A DNA stretch of 61,597 nt, filler included, from Basidiobolus ranarum (taxonomy: Eukaryota): the NCBI GenBank assembly GCA_040143965.1. It is 17 parts of 17 records of this genome, joined end to end, with 100 filler letters (N's around TTAATTAATTAA, not from the genome) between each part and the next. Parts side by side here need not be neighbours in the genome. Positions count along the whole stretch, not along the records: positions 50,838 to 54,358 come from JASJQH010002437.1; positions 54,459 to 57,979 come from JASJQH010002438.1; positions 58,080 to 61,597 come from JASJQH010002439.1; 14 more parts are not named here. One strand, 5' to 3'. The notes beneath the pieces are model-generated. The model was given only the letters and a program-made list of their open reading frames with translations. It was not told where the DNA came from and searched no databases. Below are positions 52,194-61,597 of this stretch, in pieces. Made by a program: the position numbers and the translations under genes. Numbering within the stretch: the first letter of the stretch is position 1; every line of letters starts with the position of its first letter.

Positions 52194-53303
52194 ATGGATT
52201 CTGAGCAAGGTTATGTTCTCGTTACTGGTGGTGCTGGTTACATTGGTAGTCACACCGTTTTAGAGATGGTTCAACGCAACTACAAAGTGGTGGTTGTGGA
52301 TAATTTGTGTAATTCTTCCTCCGAATCACTACGTCGTGTGGAAGAGATTTCCGGTTATGATATTCCTTTTCACAAGGTGGACTGTTGCGATCGCGTAGCT
52401 TTAAGGAAAGTGTTCGAGAAGTATCACTTCACCGCCGTCATTCATTTCGCAGGGTTGAAGGCGGTTGGAGAGTCGTCCATCATTCCATTGACGTACTACC
52501 ATAACAATATTGTGTCTACATTGGTGCTGTTAAGCTTGATGAAGGAATTTAGCGTTACAGACATCGTATTTTCTTCCTCAGCTACTGTTTACGGCGATCC
52601 TGAAGTTATTCCTATTCACGAGAAGTGTAAAACTGGATGCACAAATGCCTACGGTCGTACTAAACTTTTTATTGAAGAGATCATTACGGATGCTTGTAAT
52701 TCAGATTCCACCTGGAACGCCGCGTTGCTTCGTTACTTCAACCCTGTTGGAGCTCACAGTAGCGGTAAAATTGGTGAAGACCCTCAGGGTATTCCAAATA
52801 ATCTCATGCCATATATTTCCCAGGTAGCGGTAGGCCGTCTACCACATTTGAATGTATTTGGTGGTGACTATGGAACATCTGATGGTACTGGAGTACGTGA
52901 TTTCATTCATGTGGTCGATTTAGCCTTAGGCCATATCGCTGCTTTGGAGCGTCTTAGGGAGAAGCCTGGGTGCGTAATCTACAATCTAGGTACTGGGAAT
53001 GGGTACTCTGTGTTGGATATGGTCAAGACCATGTCGAAAGTCGTAGAACATGAACTGCCATACAAAATTGTTGACCGTCGACCAGGTGATGTCGGCATAG
53101 TTGTGGCGGATCCCAGTCTAGCTGAAAACGAATTGCACTGGAAAGCAGAGCGTGGCCTCGAGGATATGTGTAATGATCTTTGGCGCTGGCAAAAACTTAA
53201 CCCATACGGCTTCAAGTCGGAAGCGGAAGTGAAGAAAGAACAAGCAATGATTGCGGCTGGCATTGCTCCAGTTCGCAAAGAATGGTGGCAAGTGTCTGGA
53301 TAA
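52194..53303 (+). CDS. GAL10: UDP-glucose 4-epimerase (stand-alone, no mutarotase fusion), 369 aa, intronless
   Basis: [72 protein letters not shown] near 52118. Confidence 0.96.
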   Translation: MDSEQGYVLVTGGAGYIGSHTVLEMVQRNYKVVVVDNLCNSSSESLRRVEEISGYDIPFHKVDCCDRVALRKVFEKYHFTAVIHFAGLKAVGESSIIPLTYYHNNIVSTLVLLSLMKEFSVTDIVFSSSATVYGDPEVIPIHEKCKTGCTNAYGRTKLFIEEIITDACNSDSTWNAALLRYFNPVGAHSSGKIGEDPQGIPNNLMPYISQVAVGRLPHLNVFGGDYGTSDGTGVRDFIHVVDLALGHIAALERLREKPGCVIYNLGTGNGYSVLDMVKTMSKVVEHELPYKIVDRRPGDVGIVVADPSLAENELHWKAERGLEDMCNDLWRWQKLNPYGFKSEAEVKKEQAMIAAGIAPVRKEWWQVSG

Positions 53304-54921
53304 ACAGATTCAAAATCCACTATTTGATTTCTTCATGCCATCATACCTCTTGCAGGGTCTCTACCATTAGTTGGCCCGCATCTATCATAGATTATTTCTT
53401 CTAGAAATAAAAAATCCCACATTGGGATACCCAATCACCAATCTGAGTTCAAACTACGGGTAAGAGTGAATTGATCATTAGAACGTACAAAAAGACCCGC
53501 ATTATTCAATTGAGATATTATGTTAACGATAGTTAAATAATATGTAATTCAAGTTGTTCTTCGAGGAGAAAAAGCATTTGGATGTTTAGAATAGTTCTAG
53601 AGCTTGCGTATGGGTATGTCATAAGCGGTAGCAAAGAATGCAAGAGCAACTCATTTCATCCACCTCCGTGTACCACACATTAATGATATCTGAGTATGCA
53701 ATAGAGACCAAGAACTTTGAATACTATACTCCCTACCACGCAACCAAGTTCCAATCTAGCTAGGATCTTATCGGTAGAGTTGCTCTGCAAAGAATCACCA
53801 TCTAAAAATGGAATATAGAGATGCTCCATAATACTGGAGATATTGATGTTACATTGATCTATCGAAGTCAACAGTTGCAACATGTCTGAACTTTCATTAA
53901 CATAGAAATACCTACAGACATCTAGAATACTACCACTGTACTCTTTGTTGAATATTACCAACTTTCTGATCACCTAGAAATATAGCCCTGTCATTGTTTT
54001 TCTATGCTTCTATCATAAGCAGAAATACTTGGAATTTTCTTGACCATGTTGCTTCTTTTGTTGCTTCACAAGCAGGCAAGTATTCTGCTTATGATGTTGA
54101 AATTCTAGGATAGGTTGTTTCTTTGAATTCCCATCAGATCCAGAACATTTCTATTCTAAACACAGATCTGTGGGATAATCAATCTTTATTCAACATCTTA
54201 GTTAACTTTAGTTATGAAACATATATCAGAAACAGAAAGCAACATATCTATAGCCCCTATATTCTAAATAGGAATGGGGCGGTTGAAAAATATCGAAAAA
54301 ATAAATATTTATCGTGAAATAATTACCGAGGAGTATTAGTAACCATGGAAAATGGAGGNNNNNNNNNNNNNNNNNNNNNNNNNNNNNNNNNNNNNNNNNN
54401 NNTTAATTAATTAANNNNNNNNNNNNNNNNNNNNNNNNNNNNNNNNNNNNNNNNNNNNTCCTTGCTAACCCTATTAATAATGTTACAACAGTTACTTAAC
54501 TAATTTGGAAGTCGCCTTTCTAAAACGAATATCTCTCTTTCAATCTTATCATCATTGAGATTTCAAGTAAGCCCACTCACTTCTCAAGTGCTTAGTAATA
54601 AAAAATATCAAACAAGCGATGTGAATAAAATAGAATTACGGCCCTTACCGTTAGCCCAGATCATATCGATTTCTAATCAAAACAAACAGCACTATAATAC
54701 CTAGCTTTTATATATAGATATATGTAGCCAAGAGACACACGTAGTTATTTATTTACACAATCTATGGTGTAAAAGTGGAGTTTTACATCATTTGGGGGCT
54801 GATTTATTCCACTAAGAACCCGATGAATACTAACCAACCTTCCATAAATGGAGGATGTTCTAAAAAAATCAATCACAATGAAGTTACGTGAATTTATGAA
54901 AATGTTCGCGTTATTTATACT

Positions 54922-54941
54922 AGAATTATCGAGAATATTCA
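54922..54941 (+). promoter_or_regulatory. Heat-shock element remnant upstream of the Hsp70 pseudogene
   Basis: aGAAt-tATCg-aGAAt-aTTCa: three of four alternating nGAAn/nTTCn units are perfect. It lies about 105 bp upstream of the ATG and before a TA tract. Confidence 0.5.
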
Positions 54942-55045
54942 TCGTATTTAAGAATTATATTATAATGACCACGAAATTCAATTTATACTTGTTTCATAGA
55001 ATACTCCTGTCTATATATATATATACACGATAAAATCTACAACAA

Positions 55046-56630
55046 ATGTCTAAAGCTGTCGGAATTGATTTAGGCACCACAAACTCTTGTGTTGATGTAT
55101 AGCAAAATGTTCATGTTGAAATCATTGCCAACGACTAAGGCGAAGCCAACTTAGGTAGCGAAGTTTAAAACGCTGTTGTCACTGTTCCAGCTTACTTTAA
55201 CGACTCGCAACGTTAAGCCACTAAGGATGCTGGTGCTATCGCTGGTATGAATGTTCTCCGTATCAGTAATGATCCCACCGCCGCCGCCATTGCCTACGAT
55301 CTTGATCAAAAATCCAATGGCGAGAAAAATGTTCTTGTCTTCGACCTTGGTGGTTACACCTTTGATGTTTCTCTCTTAATCATTGAGGATGGTATTTTCG
55401 AAGTCAAGGCCACTGCTGGTGACATTCACTTGGGTGGAGAAGGTTTCGACAACCGTCTTGTCAACCACTTTGCCCAAGAGTTTAAACGTAAAAACAATAA
55501 GGATTTATCTGGCAATCCACGTGCTCTCCGTCGTCTCAGAACTGCTTTCGAATGTGCCAAGAGAACTCTCTCATCTGCCGCTCAAACTTCTATCGAGATT
55601 GACTCCCTATTTGAAGGTGTTGATTTTTACACTTCCTTGACTCGTGCCAAATTCAAGGAACTTTGCCAAGACTTATTCTGTTCTACTATGGATCCTGTTG
55701 AGAAAGTTCTTCGTGATTCCAAGATTGACAAAGCTAACATTCACGAGATCGTTCTCATTGGTGGATCTACTCGTATCCCTAAAATTCAAAAACGCGTTTC
55801 TGACTACTTCAATGGTAAGGAACCCAACAAATCCATCAACCCTGATGAGGCTGTTGCCTACGGAGCTGCTGTTCAAGCAGCTATATTGTCTGAAGATACT
55901 TCTGAGAAGACCCAAGACCTACTCTTACTCAATGTCGCTCCACTCTCATTGGGTATTGAAATTGCTGGTGAAGTAATGACCCCGTTGATCAAGAGAAATA
56001 CCACTGTTCCTACTAAGAATCCGAGACCTTCTCTACCTATACTAGAAATCAACCTGGTGTATTGATCCAAGTGTTTGAGGGTAAACGTGCCCGTACTAAG
56101 GACAATAATATTCTTGGCAAGCTCAAGCTCTCTGGAATTCCTCCACCAAATTGAGGTTACTTTTGAAGTTGACGCCAACGGTATCTTGAATGTATCTGCA
56201 TTGGATAAAACTACTGGTCGTTCAAATAAGATCACCATTACCAATAATAAGGGCCGTCGAGGATATTGAACGCATGGTCTCCGAAGCTGAAAAGTACAAG
56301 GCTGAAGATGACGAGGCAGCTTCTCGTATATCTGTTAAAAATGGACTTGAATTCTACGCCCACTCACTTCGGAATACCCTCCAAGATGGGAAAGTTGCTG
56401 GGCAATTAGATGTGAATGATAAGAAGAAACTTAAAGAAACTATCAACAGTACTATCAGCTGGTTGAACGCAAGTCAAGAAGCTTCTAAGGAAGAGTACGA
56501 ATAGAAGCAAAAAGAGTTGGAAGGTGTTGCCAACCCTATGATGGCCAAGATGTACCAGGCTACTGGTGAAGACCCTGGCGGCTTCCCAGGTAGTGACAAC
56601 AGTGAACCAACTGTTGAAGAATTAGATTAA
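55046..56630 (+). pseudogene. Cytosolic Hsp70 (SSA-type) pseudogene
   Basis: MSKAVGIDLGTT..VEIIAND*G is joined directly to EANLG..NAVVTVPAYFNDSQR* (in-frame deletion of roughly 95 codons). Several stops, frameshifts near 56020-56270, and the end PTVEELD*. Confidence 0.92.
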
Positions 56631-57170
56631 GCTTAAATTGAAATTCAAGATTTATTCCACATGTATCTGACCATGTACAATATTAATTCTAACTCAAATG
56701 TCCTAACTGGAAGATATTTCAAAAAGCCACTGCATTTCATTCCAATCCTTGGAGAGGATTTGACCTGGATTTGCATGATACCATACTTTCTGTATTTCCG
56801 GTAACTATTCAAGAAGCTCTCAAATCCATTTTACCTTGTTCTGATCATGTAATCAGGATTGATAAATTATCATACATTTCTAAATATCTATCATGTTGAA
56901 CATTACTTAAAAACTATTCTAGCCTTATATATATTCTACCCAAGATTTCAATCGCTTTATATGATTCCCAAAACTGTTCATTGTTGAATATGGTACACTT
57001 CTTTATCTTTACAATTAAATAAAACCCAATTAGAGAAGGAAAAACTAGCTCCTTTAATAACTCAGGGGGCTCTTCTGTAATACTTTTTCAATTATTCTCT
57101 ACCGTTACTGCTATTGACTATTATCTTGAATGCAATAATATTGAAAATGAGATATTGTGAGCAAAAATAC

Positions 57171-57242
57171 GGATTCAGCCCGGAATTGAACCCAGGACCT
57201 TCACAACCTAAACGAGGAATCATACAACTTGACCACTGATCC
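57171..57242 (-). pseudogene. Degenerate tRNA-Pro-like gene
   Basis: Minus strand GGATCAG-TGGTCAAGTTGTATGATT-CCTCGTTTAGGTTGTGA-AGGTC-CTGGGTTCAATTCCGGG-CTGAATCC followed by TTTTT. Pro-type D- and T-arm sequence, but broken anticodon stem and acceptor mismatches. Confidence 0.65.
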
Positions 57243-58079
57243 CTAGTCGTGTTGTTAGGAATCTGATTTTGAAAAATCAGAAGTCCTAAGGTGAAATCGG
57301 ATTTCCAATTTCCAAGGTTATGCGGTACAAAAGTGCAACGTAAGCTTGTTCCACCAAACCGTTTCCCTTCATCTTTTCACAGGATATTTATTGACCATTA
57401 GGGCAATACATATCCAATATTCAATTCCCCTAATCAAAGAACTTTTGGAGCTAATCCACTATTTACAATCAGTCTTTTATCTCAGATATCCTGGTGTACG
57501 CTAACGTAATATTTCTACAAAGGGTAGCCAATTGCTTTGGCTACTCCTATGTAAAGTCTTATTAACTATGAAAACGTTTGGGGGAAGTTGTGGGGTGTCG
57601 AAAACCATTTTGGAGCCCATCGCACTTTTATGTTCAGAAAAGTGAGCACCTATTTGTGGTGTTACAAGCCACCAATTTCACCCGTCCGATTTCGATTTTA
57701 ACAGTCACGATTTTGCCTATAAAATGGCATGCTAAAAATTGGGAAATAAACAGTTAGTATTTACCCACAAAACTTGTTTTTAACATTGATAGCAGAAATC
57801 TTTGATCCCCCACCCAGCCACCAGCAAAATGAGCACCCCAATAGTCCCAGAGAGTGAAGTCCCACTTCCCAGCGCCTCCAGGAGAAGTATGCAGGACCTA
57901 ATGAGATAGCAGATCCAACAGCAACGATAGTTGCTCCAGTATTTTTGCCAGAAAGCTGACAACTCAGAAGTGAAGATCANNNNNNNNNNNNNNNNNNNNN
58001 NNNNNNNNNNNNNNNNNNNNNNNTTAATTAATTAANNNNNNNNNNNNNNNNNNNNNNNNNNNNNNNNNNNNNNNNNNNN

Positions 58080-59450
58080 ATGAAGAACTCTATAAAAATA
58101 TTCAGGAGAATATATCAAAGAGACTAGGGATTTCAAAGGTGACAAATTAGCGTTCAAGTGATAAATGTGTAAAATTTGAGTTACATTTTTCGCACATGTG
58201 TTGATCCAAAAGACTGTGAATGTCAGAGCTGGTGTCACTTGCTCTGATGATGAATGGTAAAACAGTTGGCAACTGTGTGGAATCTTGCCGAAAATCATCA
58301 CAACTTGAGCCAATTGTGGCTAAACCAAAAACCAGGCTTTACTCTCAAGGTTCTTAAGTCATTTCATGTGGCTTATTGTGAGTTTTTGCAAGCAAATAGT
58401 AATTGGGCTAGTATAGGCCTATTTTTGAAACATCTGAAGAATGTATGCAATTATCAACTTAGAAAAGCAAGAAAAACAGCTAAAAAAGTATCCAAGGAGC
58501 AGGAAGTTAGTAAACCCAAGGGATATGCAAAGGAGCAAGTGAGTTTAGGCTCTACTGTCCCACTTACCAAGTTAATTACACTATTACAAGTATCTGTATT
58601 TTCAGTGTCAGATATACAAGCAGTTATACTTGCAAAAAGCCTTAACTTTACCTTGGAACCAAGTACACCAGTTGAAAGAGTGCTAAGTTTAGAAGTATAT
58701 CCAACACCTGGCACCTCCCAACAAGCCAAAACATTGGTAGATAAAACTCACAGCTCTCCAACCTCAACTGGTACATTTCAAAGTGTTGAAATTAACCCAA
58801 ACTTAAAGGCAAGCAAAAAGCTGCACTAACATGGCAAAGCACTCCCAGTAGTGTTGCACTGCAGTAATTTATAAAAATAGTAAGAGTGCTTGAGGAGTAC
58901 TTTTAGAAGTGTGAAGGGAAAGATACAGTGCAAGTATGCAGAGGTGGCTTCAGAAGAAGAATATTCAGCTTGATAATTAGTCTGGTGTTAACTGTACAGA
59001 TATCTGGGAAGAACTTAACACAAGTAGCGCAATATTGCAGGGTATCTGCCAGATAGCTGCAAGCATGTTGATTCAGCAACAATAATACAATGGTGGGCTT
59101 TGATGGAGATATTAATATAAACTTATTTTAGATATGAGATAAACCTTAGGTAAAAAAAACTCTATACAAATATTTAGGAGAATATAGCAAAGGAACTATT
59201 GATTTCAATAGTGCAAACTAATGCTCAAGTGGTAAATGTGTAAAATCTGAGTTATGCTTTTGCATATGTCTTGATCCATTGTTTTCTGAGATTGTATCCA
59301 AGCACATACAACTATTTTGCAAGATCTTGAAATTTCACTCCAGAAACCAAAAAAATTGATTCAGATCAAATCTTACTTGGCAATTTTTTATGATGGTAAG
59401 TAAATTGTCAATCCAACATGGTATAAAATTGTGATGGATTTTATAACAAC
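58080..59450 (+). repeat. Unclassified CpG-poor repeat region (two partial copies plus a 191-codon open frame)
   Basis: 58080-58207 is a direct repeat of ~59153-59278, and ~59028-59445 matches 35830-36244 reversed. The ORF 58254-58829 has no motif I recognise. Confidence 0.6.
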
Positions 59451-59499
59451 AACCCTCTAATTTCTTTCAGGAATGGTGCCAAGAAGAATGCCCAACAAC

Positions 59500-61100
59500 T
59501 TGATTAAGTGAATTATGGAATGCCTGAAATGGATGTAATTCTTATCATAATAAATGGTCTCCCTGTGTCATATTTAGCCCTAGTGCTCATTTTGGAAGCA
59601 ATTGAGCATATGTTTATTCCGAACTATCTGATCACTGGTTTAAGCCAAGAAGAATTTTAAAAAGAAGGTATAAAGGCAGCTTGCTGACAAAACAAAACTA
59701 TAGAAGCATTTACTTTCATAACATCAAACCTGAAAGGAGCACTATAAAATGTTACAAATATGGAAAACTGGGACATATAGCTCATTATTGCAGATAAAAG
59801 AAGAACTGGTTTCAAAGAAAAAGGAAGCATATAACACCATTAAAAGAGGAAATGAATGCTATGTACTTATGGCAACCTCTAAAGCAGGAAAAGACTCTGC
59901 TGATGTATTGATTCTGGATTTGGTTTCAAGTATTTATAAGTGTCACAATAGAAACATTGTGCATGACTATCTTTATATCAAGTACTAATGGGAACTTGAT
60001 GACTTGGCATCAGTGCTTGGGTCATCTAAACTATAATAGTGTGAAGCTAATATTTAAAAAATACCCTATGGACTGGATTGATCCTAAGCCCTCAGATATT
60101 ACTAAATTTGAAAGCTGTACACAACAGAAAATCACCAGAATACCATTTCCAAAAGAAGGAGCTAGCAGAGCTAAAGACCTATTGCATTTTATTGCTACAG
60201 ATGTATATGGCCCAGTGCAAACTCGGACACCAAATTGGCAAATGATACATTGGTAATAGATGTTGGAACTAGGCCAAATTTGGATTATGAGTTAAGGTCT
60301 AAAACATTAGTGACCAGTGAATATTTGACTAAGCTCAAACTATTACTAATCCCTGTGGTAAATACTTCTAGCAGAAAACTCAAAAGCAATAATCCTATCT
60401 CAAACTTCACTATAAGTACTGAAATAAAGGAGAACAAATTATTATATAATATTCTAGAATCAAGCAACTATATGAGTAGTGAAACATTAGGCAACCTTGG
60501 AAATGCACCAAATTGTACCAGGTAACCTGTTAATTACTCTGAGGATACTAATAATTTGGAACCAGCTTCTGTAATCAGCACATTATCTCCACCAATGAAA
60601 AATATGCTATTCAGAAAAAGGAGATTTTTCCAGCCATTCATTAATAAGAAGTTTGGACTCAGAAACAAGGCAACAGTATTCTGACCAATCATGTACACAA
60701 GAAATATGCTACTCTCATAATGGCTGATATTGGATGCAATAAATCACAAAAGGCTTTGAATTAAGTACCAAATTAAGGCAATCAGGTCTCAGAAATCCTA
60801 CAGAGTGAATATTGGCAGCATCCTGTAAGTGAAACATCTGAACATTATACCAAGGACCTTGGATGTCTCAAATGAGATCATGAAATCAACATATTCAATT
60901 GAGAAAAAGGGGGAAATTTATTTACACTTAAAGCCTTTTCTGAACCAGAAAATTTGATATAAGCTCTGAAATCTGATGAAACAATGGAATGGAGAAATGC
61001 CTCTGATTATAAATTCACAGCCTAATCAAGAATAACACACGGACCCTTGTGTACTTACCTACTGGAAGAAACACTATTGGTAACAGATGGGTGCTGAAAC
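59500..61100 (+). mobile_element. Decayed copia fragments (gag, pre-integrase, RT start)
   Basis: IINGLPVSY, WHQCLGHLNY, IATDVYGP, and near 60960-61095 EWRNA..LIKNNT.TLVYLPTGRNTIGNRWV. Confidence 0.7.
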
Positions 61101-61104
61101 ATAA

Positions 61105-61597
61105 TATGCAATATCTGCCCATGTTCTGACTATGCTATATATCAGACTTTCCATTGTAGATTAATAAGGAAATTTCTGGCTTTCTTTTGAATCCAAAAAC
61201 ATTGGATTTGAGCAATTTTTTGGTCAGGTTAAGATTTGCATCCATTGGGGTTGATACTGTATTACATTCTTCCATTTTAAACTTCTTTAATATATCTAGG
61301 ATACACTTAGACTGATTTAAAGTTATTGTTCTAATAGTTCTAGCAATCTTCATTTGAATTCCAAGATAGCACAGCAGTTCACCAAAATCAGTCATTTTGA
61401 ATTTTGTAGATACACTGGATTTGGTTTCCTCCAAAGTCTTCAAGTCTTTAGTTGCTATAATAAAGTGATCTATATTTAAAGCTAATAAAACTGGGTAAAT
61501 CTTATCTGGCTTGAACTAAATACTATAGTTGGCATTACTCTCTTGGAATTTGAGTGTGTCTAAAATAATGACTGTCTAGCTATTCCAAGCTCTTGGA
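61105..61597 (-). mobile_element. Copia family A RT fragment
   Basis: FKMTDFGELLCYLGIQ..LNQSKCILDILKKFKMEECNTVSTPM. Matches 45510-46000. Confidence 0.8.

Noticed and set aside
54012-54095. About 20-bp inverted repeat (ATCATAAGCAGAAATACTTG) with a ~45-bp spacer
   Set aside because: Single occurrence with no clear TSD, which is too little to call a MITE or structured RNA.

Overview
This is eukaryotic, fungal-type genomic DNA: short GT-AG introns with CTAAC/GCTAAT branch sites and a Zn2Cys6 transcription factor. The gene mix suggests an early-diverging fungus such as a Basidiobolus-like zoopagomycete, but that is inference only. The window is NOT a contiguous locus. It is 17 unrelated contigs of about 3.52-3.54 kb, sorted by decreasing length and joined by an artificial 100-bp spacer (N44-TTAATTAATTAA-N44), so gene neighbourhoods only mean something within one contig. 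About half the sequence is decayed, almost CpG-free transposon DNA: two Ty1/copia families with LTRs (one primed by a half tRNA-iMet), a Ty3/gypsy element, a CACTA-type transposase and an unclassified repeat. Complete genes are a Zn2Cys6 factor, two tandem secreted CHAP-domain proteins, a trypsin-like protease, UDP-glucose 4-epimerase and tRNA-Leu(CAG). Partial genes are a secreted Gly-rich repeat protein, a GPI-type protein with a Zn-peptidase (M15/LAS-like) motif, PRP4 kinase, a PDR/ABCG transporter and a subtilisin N-terminus. There are pseudogenes of a GH25 lysozyme, a subtilisin, Hsp70 and tRNAs. Most interesting: (1) a set of bacterial-type peptidoglycan hydrolase genes (CHAP pair, GH25, M15/LAS-like) in a fungus, and (2) a premature stop in the PRP4 kinase RS domain that sits at the start of an in-frame 96-nt candidate intron still reading as RS protein (possible intronisation or poison exitron).
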